Shown here: positions 51,051 through 64,000 of the stretch, one piece after another
Position numbering within the stretch: position 1 is the first letter of the stretch
How the letters are laid out: every line of letters begins with the position of its first letter
NCBI RefSeq assembly: GCF_009834535.1
Contig: NC_045696.1
Location: 93,994,001 to 94,058,000 of the forward strand
Length of the DNA stretch: 64,000 nt
From: Camelus ferus
Lineage: Eukaryota
Direction: 5' to 3'
Notes under the pieces: model-generated
Told to the model about the DNA's origin: nothing
Database searches by the model: none
Seen by the model: the letters and a program-made list of their open reading frames with translations, nothing else
Made by a program: the position numbers and the translations under genes

Positions 51051-52714
51051 AATAAATATTGATGAAATCTCAAAAAGAACTGAAGTTGAACAGGTTGTTA
51101 CATTTATTGATCATTTGAATTTTTCCTCTTCTGTGTATTAGCTGTCTATATTTTTTGCTCATTTTTTCTTGGGTATTAATTCTTTTTAATTGATCTGCAT
51201 ATTGTAGATATTAATCTTTTTATCTCTACATAGTATCCAAATATTTCCCCTATCTCTCACCTATTTGTTTTCTGTTGTCATCTTTTTTTTTTTAATATAA
51301 AAGTTTTACTTTTTCATACGGTTTGAATCTGTTAGTCTTTCACTTTTTGGATCTTAAAAACTATTTTTTTCAGTGTTCCTTTCTTATATATATATATCTA
51401 TATGTAAAACTATTTCTCTTGTCTTAGTGGGTTAGCTAGTTCCTCTAGTACAATGACTTAAGAGTGGCAGTAATAACAGCCATCCTTGTCTTGTTTCTCA
51501 TTTTGACTGGAATGTTTCTAAAGTTTCACCAAACTTTCTTTGAGTATTAAATGACTTCACCAGCACATAAACTATCAATAATAGCTATTACTATTATTTG
51601 TCAAACCACCTACATTCTCCGTTCCAAGTCTCCCTCTTGTAAATATAAAATTGGGGCTCGGTAATCTCTAAAGTTCTTTCCAGCACAGTCTTAAAATTCT
51701 AAAATTAATTTTCAAAAATCTCAAGTCATTTCATTGACCTAAATAAATAATAATCTTACCTGTGATAAAAAAACACATAAGCAGGAACAACAGGAAAGCC
51801 CCTCTGTCATCTGAATAACTCATATTTAGCTATGTAAAGCCTGAGGCCAAAGAAAAATCTTAATTTTGGTATATTTCCAGTTACCCTATAAAGCTGCTTG
51901 GCAACTTTTACTAAAGGAAAAAAAATATGAAGTTGAGAGGAAATGAAAGTTGAGCAATGACTGGAAAATCACTGGTGAATATGGCAATACCCCAGTTTCA
52001 AAAGCCAGTTGTAATCTGGTCAGTTTTGGAGTGAAAGCAAGTTTATTATTATTATAATTTTCCCCTCCAATGGGTGGAGACTCAATATCTGGGAGGTAGA
52101 AGAAACAAGAAGAACAAAATTGGAAATAAAATGATAATTCCCTATTTCCTATAAAGATATAAGAAGTGAAGGGAGGGATAATATATATGCTCACTGGGAA
52201 AAGTGATTGAAATTGCCAAAGAATGAGACTAGAGAAGCTGCCAGAAAGGATGCTGAGTGGAAGAGCAGACAAAGGTTGCAAGAAATTGGCAGGGAGTCAC
52301 AATAGACAGAGCCGGAAAGGAACATACAGGGCCTGAAGTGAGTCACACTCCATAAAAGGAGTTCCAGGGAAGGGAGCACAAAAGCATGCACGTGGGCGCC
52401 TGGGACAGAGGAGGGTGAGGGGAGCAAGGAGAGGCTCAAAACGCAGCAGCTGCGAAGATAAAAGCTGGTTGGAGAAGTTGTCTAGAGACAAAGGGATGCT
52501 TTGCAGATTTTTCAGAGAACAGGTTGTGAATGAAAAATGCCAGCGCGCTGGAATACATGTCATCATCTAAACTCTAAGAGGCAGGGGAAACAGGGTTGAG
52601 GGATAGAGGAATTAAGAGCAAAACCACCTCCACTGAACCAGGTTAGGCAGAGGCGATGATTGCAGGTGAGAGGGGGTGAGGAGTCGGTGCAACCAACGCT
52701 CACACTGTTTTACA

Positions 52715-53250
52715 TGTGGGGACTGGGGCTAGAGGTCAAATGAAAGCCCACATACCATGGGGATTAATAGTTTAAAAGTCACAAATCAAACTACCAAACT
52801 ATTAAATAAAATGTTCTATCTGCCTACCTTGACAAAGCATCTTCCTAATCACATTTAGAATTCTTGGACTTCTTGGAGTTAGCCAGAATGTGGCGGAGAG
52901 CTGACCCACGGCCCAGGGCCTTGGCCTATACTCCTCTCACCTTGCTTGTATATCCAAACCCCAATCCCCGCCACCCTCTCAAAGTACCCTGTAAAATAAC
53001 TGCCTTTTGCTCACTCCTCAGCCTAGGTGCTTCTTGGGAAGAAACAACAGACTTGGGGAAAGGTTTAAATAGTCCTTAGAAGTGTATTTGGGTCATTCAG
53101 CAAGGAATTCCAGGTACTGGACATCCAGAACATGGCCTGTGGGCGGGGGGGCAGTTCTGGCTCTGTTGTTCCCTCAGCCCTCAGAGCAGAGATGACCAGA
53201 GGAGGGCCTCTGGATGCTTCCAGGGTGTGGGCAACAGACAGGGTGCTCTT
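52715..53250 (+). mobile_element. hAT-Tip100 non-autonomous element (MER115-like)
   Basis: AAATGAAAGCCCACATACCATG...AAATCAAACTACCAAACTATTAAATAAAATGTTCTATCTGCCTACCTTGACAAA...TTTAGAATTCTTGGACTTCTTGGAG matches the recalled MER115 consensus. Confidence 0.7.
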
Positions 53251-54329
53251 GTGCCTAGGTCTAAAGGTAGTTCTTGTTTCCGAACCCTGTAAAATTACAC
53301 CAGGAGTTCTTATCCCTGAGATGGAAAAAATAGTTTCTTTCAGAGCAAAGTGCCTCAACAAAAAGCACAGGTTTTTTATTAATTGATTTAACTTTTTGGC
53401 CATTTTTAGCTTACACTGGGTTCCACCTGCTGACCATCAGTCGAGTGTTTATTGTTGCTAGAGGTGAGGAGCCAAACATTGACAAGTCAACCAAGTCTTT
53501 AAAAAAAAGGAAATTTTCTGCCCTCAGACACATGTGGAGCCTGGGTTGCAGCATACTGTAGTATAAAGAGATTATTTATATCATCGAGTACTCGTTTTGT
53601 CATTTTCATTAGGTCAATGCCTATTTGATTAATTTCCATCAAGACTTGTCGTACCTCTATTATTTCTCACCTCTCTTCCCCACTGCATCCCCTTTGAGGA
53701 TATTGTGTTTTCTGAAACACTTCTCAGCTCAGGCCTGGTTGATAGTGGGGCTTCCGAACACCATACAACATGGGAATTATGTGAATGAACTGATTGTGAA
53801 TGCCAAGTGGAGAAAACAGGAGTGGGAAGGGCAGATACACTCACAAGTTTATTCTTCTGTAGCCATATTGTGAAATGTCACATCTTATTTCATGTCTGAG
53901 GGTGAAGAGCATTATTTAAATTCCCTGATGAGTTTATGGGCGTGTGTGTCTTCCTGAATTAAGAATTAGCATCAAACTGTTTTGATCTTTCACAGAATGC
54001 TTAGAGGGTTAGAATACCAAGCACCCTTAGTATGTAAATGGAATAGCTCACAGTACTCTGTGGGGGAATATGACATACAGGATAAAGAAAGTTATACCTC
54101 TGACTATGTGGCAGAGTTTTATTTCAAATTTTCTGGATATGTGAGATTCTGAACAAAATCAGAATCCAGTGAACACTATGAAACAGTTTTCAACAGCTCA
54201 ATTTTAAATTTAGGTTCCCTGAAGCCTGGGAGTGACTACAGCCTGGCAAAACACAGAACATTCCTGTACGGATCAGTTAGCCTGGGTGTCTGCTGGTAAA
54301 GCTCACAGTGGGGCCAGTTACCTGGAACT

Positions 54330-54550
54330 CAGCATTTCTCAACCTCAGCACTATAGATATTTTAGGCCAAATAATTCTTTGTTGTGGGGTCTGTCTTGTG
54401 CACTGTAGGACGTTTAGCAGTGTCCCTGGCCTCTACCATTGGATACCACTATCCCACATGCCCTGTCTCCAGTTGCAACAACCAAAAATACCTCCAGACT
54501 TTGCCAAATGTCCCCCAGAGGTCGAAATCACTCCTGATTGAGCACTATCT
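54330..54550 (+). mobile_element. MER20 MITE (hAT-Charlie)
   Basis: CAGCATTTCTCAACCTCAGCACTATAGATATTTTAGGCCAAATAATTCTTTGTTGTGGGG...CTCCAGACTTTGCCAAATGTCCCC. Confidence 0.88.
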
Positions 54551-54991
54551 AGTAGCTGTTTCATTTTCTACTCTCATCTGTTCATTTGAGGCAGGAAGAA
54601 GGAGAAACAAACTTGTCAAAGGTGGCAAGATAGCTGCTCTTGGTTTTTGAGACAATAAGGAGGGAGGGGGAAGGAAAAAGAGTGCTGAGTGTGCATTTGG
54701 TGAGTGCTAGATGCACTGTATTTGTGCTTTTTCATAAATGTGGGCATCTCTAACTGGAGTGTGGGCCAGGGCTACACTAAACCAGAAAGTAACCATTATA
54801 GTATCAGTTTTACTTGATGTAAATATTTAAGACATTCGTTTCTATGTATAAAGAGTAGAATATAAGTGTGTATAAATAGTGAAGTTAAAGTATAAAACTT
54901 CAAATAAAATTTTGCACCTGGGTTGGGTCCCTCAGGACTGGCTCTGCTCACAGAATCTCCACAAGCAGGAACACATTCTCAACTGCTGTCA

Positions 54992-55356
54992 TGTTCTACG
55001 GACTGAATGTTTATGTCCTCTTCAAATTTCTATGTTGAAGCCTCATCCTCAATGTGATGGTATTTGGAGACAAAAACTTTGGAAGGTAATTAGGTTATGG
55101 GGTGGAGTCCTTAAGAATGGGATTAGTGCCCTTCTAAGGAGACATGTGCTTTCTCCCTTTATGTTTCTTCCCAAGTGAGGAAAAGTGAGAAAAAAGCCTT
55201 CTGTAAAGCAGAAAGAGGGCTCTGGCCACCAGGCACTGAATCTCCTGGCACACTGATCTTGGACTTTCCAGTCTCCAGAACCATGATAAATAATTTTTTT
55301 CTTAATGTGAACCACCTTGTGTATGGTATTCTGTTATAGCAGACAAAGCTAAGATG
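54992..55356 (+). mobile_element. MaLR solo LTR (MLT1A-like)
   Basis: TGTTCTACGGACTGAATGTTTATGTCC...AATGGGATTAGTGCCCTT...GATCTTGGACTTTCCAGTCTCCAGAACC...GGTATTCTGTTATAGCAG. Confidence 0.85.
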
Positions 55357-55409
55357 GTACTTTGAGAGAAGCCTGTGAGAAGCCTGATGAATGCTACCTA
55401 GTTTAGCCC

Positions 55410-55560
55410 TCTGTGAATTCAGTAGGTATATTCTTCTAATTTATTCTTTTTCTAAAAAAATAAACTAAGCCTCAGAGAAGTTAAGTAACTTATCCAAGTT
55501 CACACAGCTATTGTGCAGCTGCAATTTGAACTTTTAAAAGTCTTACCTCAGATTTTATGT
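55410..55560 (-). mobile_element. MIR SINE fragment
   Basis: AAACTAAGCCTCAGAGAAGTTAAGTAACTTATCCAAGTTCACACAGCTA is the MIR core. Confidence 0.75.
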
Positions 55561-57421
55561 TCTTTTTTTTTTATTATTATTATTTTCTGATGCCTTAATA
55601 GGCAGAGTTAGTTCTGGGAAAATTTTTGAGGGAGGGGAATTTTTGTCTTTTCTTTCTTACTCTCATTTCTGTGCTACCTTTCTCTCTCCCCTCGTAACCC
55701 CCTTCCCAGAAACCAAACATCCAGTGCTTTTGCTGTGCCCAAGCATGAACCTCCAGCAGTGCACCCGCTAACCAACCCAGGGCTGTTTTTTGTTAACTAG
55801 AAAAGTTGGCAGATACTTCAGACAGTGTACAGAGGCTCTACTTGCTCGTGATGATGGGGGTGACAGCGGCAGTAAGTGCAGATGCTGACTTTGAAGATTT
55901 CTTTGTCTGTTAAGTCCAAGAGCCCGGAGGTTGGAGAGTCCTACCATTTTTCTGCAGGAAAGATCAAATTGTCCTGAGTTTTCTAGAAGCCCCCAGAGGA
56001 GAACAAGCAAGAGAAAGTAGCAGGGAGCCACAAACAGTACTTCCTTGGTTCCTTTGTTGGACTCCTCACCTTTTTTCTTTTCCTTTTTTCAACTCTGTGC
56101 TGTCATCAAAGGGTAAAGGAGACCCAGCTGCGTGGTTTTCTTTGGCATGTTCTTGAAGTAGCTTTTTAGTTTGTCTTGTTATCTTTCTCCCCAGTTGACC
56201 CCAGAAACGCTTAATTTGGCTGTATGAAAGTCATGCTAATTTCCATCATTTATGTAATCATTTGCCATTTATGCCAAATTGCTGTGTAATACTACAGTGA
56301 TTATACATATCATTAAATATGTGTCACATTAGCCTTGAGGTGGGTTTTACTTGATTATAACACTAAATCATGCTCAGGATTTTTAGACTTCATGGTTTGT
56401 TGCTTACATAATATTGTCATTATTCTGTAGCTTAAAAACTTAGAATGTTACAATTGAGGGAGACTTTGATAAAATATGTCTTTTCTCCTTTCAGCCTCAA
56501 TATAATGTCAAAATTGTCAGCATGTGTATCATTGACATTTGAGGGTTTCTAACTCTACCTGTTTGACCTCACAATGTGAACTGTCTCCACAAATTCATCC
56601 TTTTGATATATTTCAAAAATAATCTGTTTTAGACTAAGCTCCTGAAAAAAGACTCACCTACTTTTCCTATTGGATCAGCTTTTTCTTTTTTATGTTCAAC
56701 TTGAGTCTTCACCTATATGCACACTATTAATACACACAAAAGAATAATTGCTCTCCTCAGAATGTAAATAACATCTTTTGGCATTGGAATGAAATCTTAA
56801 AAGAGTTACACTAAATATTAATACTGCTTATTTGTAAATCTTGTATTACAGATGTCTTTTACCTTCTTTATATCTTTGGTACTAATTTTTTTTTAACAAG
56901 CATACTATTACATTTATCTTCAGAAAGTAAATATTCTTTTAACACTGGAACGTTTTTGAGTATATGTTAAACTAATTTTCTAATTGACTTCTTCAATATT
57001 AAATATACTCAATATTATCTTTAGCAAACACATGTGATACTTTAACCCTCTGATCATTTTACTTTGGGGATATGACCATATGCTTACTACCTTGTAACTG
57101 TTATGTATTAAAAAGCAACCAACTTTTCGTCCTTCATGTCCAATGAAGTTTAATTCAATTCAGCCAATGTCTCCATCCCATGCCCAGAAATACCATGGGT
57201 CCAGTCTTATTTTGCTGTTTGATTTTTCATCTTCTGTTTTTTTTAAACTTGATTTTATTTATCCTTTTGAATTTATTATAAGATAAGTCACATTATTTTT
57301 GGACGTGGAAAGATATGGAAAATAGTAGGGTTCTGCCCTGATATACCAGTGGTTGCAGGAAAAAGACCTCTGTTTCCTGAATGCTTTGTGGTGGAATCAG
57401 GAGCCAATAGCTGCTATTCTT

Positions 57422-57423
<2 letters not shown>

Positions 57424-57461
<38 letters not shown>
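57424..57461. repeat. Pure poly(T) tract, 38 nt
   Basis: Direct observation. Confidence 0.95.
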
Positions 57462-57463
<2 letters not shown>

Positions 57464-58636
57464 ACATAATGCCCTAGTCACATTCTCCAGTGCTTTGTGG
57501 AGACAACTGTCAAAGGCAGGACACCCCAGCTGCCATGGGGCAGCTCATCTCTGCCATATGAGAAGTGACAAGATTCAGACTTATAGTTCAATTCCAGATT
57601 TCTCTTATAGAGGCAGGAGAAGGGAAAAAGGAAAGGGGAGTGAAGATAAGAACAGGTTAAGGTGTACACTTATAGTTTGAACAAAGTTATCTAAAAAGCA
57701 CAATTTTACAAATAAAAACATTTTCCTTTTAAATTAAATTTCTGAGTTGGGTTCTGCACCTGTCTCTCTTAACTGCTGAATAAGTCCCAAGTGGAGAGGA
57801 CATGACTGATGACTTTAAGTATTTATTCATTGAGTCCCCTGAGTTGGGGTAAAATAGCCATCTCCTGTCAAGACTGCTTGCCAAGTTTTAGACAGATTTT
57901 TTAAAAGGGTCTGACTTGAGTACTATTTTTGTTTTGGCTGCAGTGATCAAATCTGCCACTAGACAGAGCTGTTTGTCTTATTTTTGAACATTGCAGAGTT
58001 CAGGACTGTCAAGAGAATTAGAGCCAATGAAAAGAGAAAACTATAAATGATAGCACCTTCTATGAGATAGGTTCTCAGAGTGTACACTTAGTGCCTTTCC
58101 TGCTGGTAGTACATAATTTCCAGATTGCTCTTTGTCATTATCACTGGGGAGGCTGCAACTCAGTTTTCAAAATTCCACTCATCACTAGCAAGATTTCAAT
58201 AGCTAATAAGGAATAATCAAGATGTATTATGCAATTTGCTCATTCTTTTATATTACAGTAGCTAAAGTCAGAGTGACATCCTAAATCCTGAACTCTTTCT
58301 GGAAACTTCTTGGTAATATATTCTCTGCTCTTCTCTATGAAAACTGTTTATTTTACAAGCACAAATATTGAAATTATAATAGTGTTATATTATTGCATAT
58401 GTTAATATGTTTATTTGCATAAAATATATTGAAAAATTTCAAATCACCACCATTCAAAGTGAGTCCATCCTGAGCCCAGTTCATGAAGCACTGAATTCTG
58501 GGGTTTGGTTAAAACTACACTTTCAGGGGTTCTGCTGAAGAAGGATCTGGGCAGAGAACCCAGAAGCAGGTCCTTAATCTGTATACACATCACTAATTTT
58601 TACTCTGTTAGGTATACAACCCCATATCACCCCAAA

Positions 58637-58821
58637 CAGCAGTTCTCAAAGTTTGGTCCCTGCACAAGAAGTATTAGCAGCACCAGGAGATTTGTTAGAA
58701 ATGCAAATTCTCTGGCCCTATCCCAGCCCTACTGAATCAAACATTCTGGGGATGAGACCCTGTAATCTGTGTTTTAACCTTTCAGATGATTCTGATGCAG
58801 GTTAATGTTTGAGATCTGCTG
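58637..58821. mobile_element. MER5A MITE
   Basis: CAGCAGTTCTCAAAGTTTGGTCCC...GTTAGAAATGCAAATTCTC...CCTACTGAATCA...GATTCTGATGCA...TTTGAGATCTGCTG. Confidence 0.85.
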
Positions 58822-58829
58822 ACGTAGAG

Positions 58830-60070
58830 AAATAGCTTCCAAATGAAAGAGAGAAATCAAATTATGACCAAAAGAAGTTAGATGAAAAAGAAATAATACA
58901 TGAAGCAGCAAAGAATATCCAAGTCATAATTAATGATCTCAAAGATATGAGGATGCTCTGAAAGAGACTAAGAGCTCCTAGAAATTAAATATATAATAAA
59001 TATTTAACTAAAATAATTAAAATAAAATTGTATATAAAATAAAATAGAATTAAAATAAAAATTCAACAGAAGGCTTTGAAGATAAAGCAGCAAAAAGCAC
59101 CTATAAAGCTTTAAAAAAAGACAGAGATGGGACACTGGAAAGAGTAAATAAAAAATTTAAAGAATAATAAAAGACCTTCAAGATATACTTAATAGGAGTC
59201 CTGCAGACACAAATAGGAAATTATCAAATAAATATAAGAAAATTTCTGAGCTGAAATGCGTGAGATGTTCGACTGAAATAGCCCACTCAGTGCCCGACCC
59301 ATGAGGAAAATCCACAATAAAGCACATTAATGTGGAAGTTTAGAAAATGTGGTGAAAGAGAAGATCCTAAGAGTTTAAGAGAGAAAAGTCAAGAGTCACA
59401 TACAAAGGAAAAAGAAAATCAGAATAGCATCTGAATTTGCACTTAAAACACTGGAGTCAGAAAACAATATAGCAAAACCTTCAAAAATTGAAATGAAAAT
59501 AAGTTTTAGTCTAAAATACTGTACCCATTTAATCAAGAATACAGAATTTTTCAGGCATACAACTCATAAAATTTACCTTATCTGTAAATGATACGACTAG
59601 AGTACATGCTTTAACAAAGTAAGAAAGTCAGTCAAGAAATAGGAGGAAGAACTGGGATTAAGAAATAGTGGATCCAACACAGGAAAATGACAAAGAATAT
59701 TCTGGATAATAATTGTTCAGCCAGCCCAGAAAACTACCTGTCAGATTAGAGCAGGAAGTTGGAGTGGGGTCTCTAAGAAAAAAAAAAAAAAAGTTGTATT
59801 ATCCAATGTGTTTGATCATTTGGAAAATATTATCAATAAGCACTGGAAAGATCTGTCACATCAGTGATAAACTGTAGGAAACCATGCAAATGAAAATGAG
59901 GAAATTACTAACTTCAGGAGAAAACAAAGTTATATATGAGAGGAAACATAATGCACACAGTATTATTGTGCTTAGCTCAGCAATGAACAACCTTAATCCC
60001 ATCACGCTAATGTACATGCTCACTTCCATTTTAACCAAAAATTACAGAAAAGAAAAGAGAAGAAAAAGAA
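58830..60070 (+). mobile_element. Degenerate old L1 ORF1-region (L1ME/HAL1-type)
   Basis: A-rich strand with TAATAGGAGTCC, GAGAAGATCCTAA, GTCACATACAAAGGAAAAAGAAAATCAGAATAGCATCTGA; no intact frame. Confidence 0.6.
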
Positions 60071-60277
60071 ACTGACAGCCTATATTATATAAAATGTCAG
60101 AATTAAACCCAATTAAATAAAAGGAAGTTCAAAAAATAATTTGTACCAATTTTATACCAGTTGGTGGTTCTATTTTCAGATATTCAATTCAACCAACTTC
60201 AGTTGGGAGTCAGCAAAGAGCTCAGGTAAAGTGGTCAAATGGCTCACAAATTGGCCCCGGAAAGTCTTGTTGATTTT

Positions 60278-60452
60278 CAATGGTTCTCCAAGTGTAGTCC
60301 CTGGACCAGGAGCATTTACATTACCTGGAAACTTGTTCTGCAAATTCTTGGGGCCTATTCAAGATCTACTGAATCAGACACTCTGGGTTTGCTGCCCAGT
60401 AAGAATAAGTTTTCCAGGGAATTCTGATGCATGCTAAAGTTTGAAAAGTACA
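60278..60452. mobile_element. MER5A MITE
   Basis: CAATGGTTCTCCAAGTGTAGTCCCTGGACCAG...GATCTACTGAATCAGACACTCTGGG...ATTCTGATGCATGCTAAAGTTTGA. Confidence 0.82.
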
Positions 60453-61059
60453 GATTTTGAAAACTTGTTCTCAGCTGAGAGTGCAAAACACTATTTAGAG
60501 TTAATTAGGGTTTCTACATCGTTAAGGAAACAGAGGAAAACAAATATAGGCACCAAGAATTTAATTCCACCTTGTTAGCATTTTCTCTGCAATTTAACCC
60601 ATCTTACTCTCCATTAGTCTCTTATTAGATATCTGACTTATAATTTGGGGAATAAATGTTAACCCTTGCTAGATGAAAAGTTGAGTAAATTATCTCAACA
60701 ATATCTGATGGTTATTTGCCAATCCTTTGTCTAGATATACAAGATATACAAGACCTCAAATAGAATCCCCAAGCGTATTTATTCTGAGTATCCACATCAC
60801 TTGAATGTTCTATGCCATGCTGAACAGTGCAGGGCTGCTGGCAACTTTTTGATGTACAATGATTCACTGTGTTATTGGTTAATTTGCAGGAAACCAATGC
60901 AGATGCCCCATCAGGGAGAGCAGCTCTGTAACTCTACAGGTTGCTCTCTTAGAGAAGAGTTTGGCTTCTGTTGTTGTAAGAAAGTGAAATTTTGCTAACG
61001 GTTTTGACTTATGTAAAAGCATCACACTTTCAGTATTACAGCTGTGGTACTGGGCAAGG

Positions 61060-62480
61060 GGACCCTCCAAATGATCCCAAACTAAACTCATAAGCTTCCC
61101 TGTGCAAACCTTCCCCACTCTCATACTTCTATCTCAGCCATCAGAACCACCATCTGACCAGTTGGTCAGGCTACAGATATGGAGTTTGTCTATTAATTCA
61201 TTCAATAAAAATTGAGTGTTTGCTATATACTGGCTGTTCTAGGAATTGGGGATATAGCAATGAACAAAGCAAGACAAAAACCCCTGCCTTTTAGGAGCTT
61301 ATGTTCTAGCAGTGAAAGATAGACAATAACCAAAATAAATGAGTAAACTATTGTATATTGTAAATCAAAAAGTGATACATATTAAGGAGAAAACTTGGGA
61401 GTACTGTCATGGAGGTTAAAATGTTTAGCAGGATGATCAGGGGAGAACCCACTGAAAAGGTGATATTTGAAAAAAGACTCAAAGAAGGCAAGGGTGTGAA
61501 CCATACTGGTACCTGGGCAGAACAAATAGCAAAAGCAAAGACAGTAAGGCAAGATCATGCCTGGAATGTTTGAGCAACAGCAGGACACTGGAGTGGGTGA
61601 GGTAGAGTGAGCTTGTAGGAGGGCTGTGGGAGGTGAAGTCACTGAGGCAACAGGGCTAGGATGAGGCTGTGTTGCATAAACTTGTCACCCTTGAAGCCCA
61701 TTGTAAAGACTTAGCTTTCATTTTGAGTGAGATGGGAGCCATATCAGGGCTTTGAGCTGAGGGACATGACCTAATTCATCTGTTGAGAATGATGACTTTC
61801 CATCTCCTTCACTCCCTCAGCCAATCACCATGGACTATCAACTCTATTTCCTCTCAAATCTGTCCCAACTTTTTCCCCCCCATTATCACTGCCAGCACAC
61901 TAGTTCAGGAAACCTTAATGTCTCACTTGAGTCATTTCAATAGCTTCTTAGTAGATATTCTTTCCTCCTGTTTGCTTCCCTCAAATTCATTCTATACAAT
62001 GTCTCCAGAGTAACCACTCTGAAAATTTGATAGATTTATACCCTGGTTAAAGCTGTTAATAGTATTTTTTCTTCTCCCCTGCAAATAAATTCCAAATTCC
62101 TCAACATGACTTTCCATGGTCTGTTTCCAAATCCCCAGCTTCATATATCCCCTATTCTCCCACTTCACAATATGCTCTGCCATACTGAAATTTTGTTCCT
62201 TGAATATATGCTATTCTCTTTTGCTTCTGAAACTTCACAGATTGTTTGCTCCAGGAAGACTTCCTTGATTTTTACCTTCTTTTTGCTCCTATACCACTCT
62301 CTTCTTTCTCTACACTAAATTTGTCATTCAGTATTTCCATTGTTTCATTATCTCTTTCCTCATCCTGCTGTTAGGCTTGGTGAGGACAGTTTAAGGAGAT
62401 TAGTGAACCCCTTTGTGTCACAGCCAGGAGATACTAAAATATTTGTTGTATGCGTGAAAGAAGGAATCAGTGAATAAATG
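61060..62480. mobile_element. Nested L2 elements (minus-strand L2a-like ~61193-61790 within plus-strand L2 fragments)
   Basis: TTCATTCAATAAAAATTGAGTG...GGGGATATAGCAATGAACAAAGC...TTGAGTGAGATGGGAGCCA; flanks pyrimidine-rich L2 ending ATATTTGTTG...GAATAAATGA. Confidence 0.7.
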
Positions 62481-63093
62481 ACTATTTTGAACCTTTGTGT
62501 TCTGCTTATTTCCCCGATCAAATGGTCCTCAGTAATGTGATGTGTGACCTCCCACTGGTCATATACGTATGTGGAGCAGGTAATGGCTTACACAGTGTAA
62601 CCTCATGGTTTTGGAAGCATCCCTCACCAGGAATCCTCCCCAACTTCAGCCCTGGAGGCAGTGATATGACAAGCAGTGATTTTGGTCAGCTTTGGATACA
62701 CAGTCAACCTCAGAAGACTAAAACAGCAATGATCTAAGTGGTGGGCAGCAGGGACAGTGACTTTAAGGAGAGAGCAATAGTTTCCACAGCCAAAGGAGAA
62801 GCTGGATAATGGGTTCCAGTTATAGTGCCATTTCCTTTTTTTAAGTTTGAAGGCAGCATAAGCCCCAGCAGTGAGTGGACACTAAGATTTGTTTACATGT
62901 ACATCTAGACCTAGGGTCTTCTAGAAACAGGTGGGCAATTTGGGGGAACTTGAGGTTCCCCAATTATGACTAGATGGACATATCAGACTTCTGTCTTCAC
63001 CATTAACTTGTCAGAGAAATATTACTTGAAAGTTTTATTCCCAGGCTGCTGTGACCTAGAGAGAGAGAGGTTATACCATCTTACAGGTAGTAC

Positions 63094-63729
63094 TGTTGGA
63101 CATCTCACCAAATCACCAACCTATTAATAAAGGAAAGCTAAATTTATTAGAACTCATTGTAGTAAGGGAGACCACCACCTTACCAATCCCAGCAGTGCCT
63201 CAGAAAGTGGTACAATTTTAGGGCTTTGGTGTCTGAGCTCAAAGTGGTTTGAAGTAGGTCTTTCGAGATTTAGAACTGATTTGGACTGGGCAAAGTTTAT
63301 GTTAAAATAGCTTAGAATTGGTGGACCCTGTGATACGAAGGTCTTGAAACAAGCCTTGGTAAGTAAACTTGGTTTGATAAGCAAATGTTTGCCAAGGTGA
63401 GCAGACTTTTGTCTCTGATAATTATCTGTGGGAATTTCCTGAAGCAAACAACGAAGTTTTTTTTTTTTTTTTAACATTTTTTATTGATTTATAATCATTT
63501 TACAATGTTGTGTCAAATTCCAGTGTTCAGCACAATTTTTCAGTTATTCATGGACATATACACACTCATTGTCACATTTTTTTCTCTATGAGTTTTTTTT
63601 TTTTTAAAGTTGGTTTATAGCTTTATCTTTCTTAGGCAAAGTTTCCTGGAACAGACAACTAATTCATGTTGACGTAGCTGAGCGATATTCTTAATTAAGC
63701 CATGTTAACACAGATGGTCTCAGCATTCA
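63094..63729 (-). mobile_element. Ancient LTR (subfamily not determined) with nested L1 tail
   Basis: TG start, TTTATT (minus-strand AATAAA) at ~63143, GTAAGGGAGACCACCACC, GATTGG-type CCAAT-like motifs; right boundary approximate. Confidence 0.45.
63457..63590 (-). mobile_element. Short young L1 3'-end insertion
   Basis: PolyT then ACATTTTTTATTGA...TTTTACAATGTTGTGTCAAATT...GCACAATTTTTCAGT...CATTGTCACATTTTTTTC, highly similar to 1141-1260; AGTTTTTT on both sides as a probable TSD. Confidence 0.88.
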
Positions 63730-64000
63730 TGCCTTCTAATTGTTTTCATTCTTAAATACTTTGGGACATTTATGTGTCTCAACAGTTTCCAAGAACAGGT
63801 TTTGAAAGGAAGAATGAGAGTATACAGCCTGAGAAGGGTGAAGAAGCACTACTGAAAGAGGGAAGTGTAGGCAGTATTGAGAAAATGAGGGTGACAAAAA
63901 TAAACCTACTTTTGTACAATTTTGTTTAAGGTAAGGTTCCTGCTTCAGCCAATAGAGTAATCAAACAGAGATTTGATCTTCCCTTCCAGAGATATCACCT

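Noticed and set aside
51886..52566. Overlapping minus-strand ORFs of 82-131 aa
   Set aside because: Low-complexity Ser/Leu/Phe translations of a purine-rich strand, probably a decayed LINE fragment.
62937..62965. GGGGAAC-n5-GTTCCCC hairpin as a terminator
   Set aside because: Eukaryotic DNA, short stem, no U-tract or associated gene.

Overview
AT-rich, CpG-depleted eutherian mammal DNA that looks intronic or intergenic; I recognise no host protein-coding exon, tRNA/rRNA gene, CRISPR array or prokaryotic system. Much of the window is recognisable interspersed repeat: old L2/MIR/L1M, MaLR (MLT1), ERVL (MLT2, LTR33-like), hAT MITEs (MER5A, MER20, MER63A, MER115), and a younger L1 family whose 3' UTR style, with no Alu/B1/Bov-tA/PRE-1 SINEs seen, suggests a cetartiodactyl, probably a camelid (inference). 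Repeat family names come from recalled consensus sequences, not a database search. The most notable object is a TSD-flanked ~3.07 kb minus-strand L1 (1138-4211) with 5' UTR and an ORF1 broken by only one nonsense codon, joined at an AG|CC splice-like junction directly to the last 123 codons of ORF2, so EN and RT are absent: a candidate non-autonomous half-L1 (HAL1-like) or spliced L1. Also notable: an L1 3' transduction bounded by a 20-bp TSD (25767-26143), a second ancient 5'-end/3'-end mini-L1 (19538-19975), and an ERV1-type solo LTR with two TATA/polyA-like modules and an L1 tail inserted at one TATA-like box. Nearly all ORFs in the supplied track are spurious or repeat-derived.
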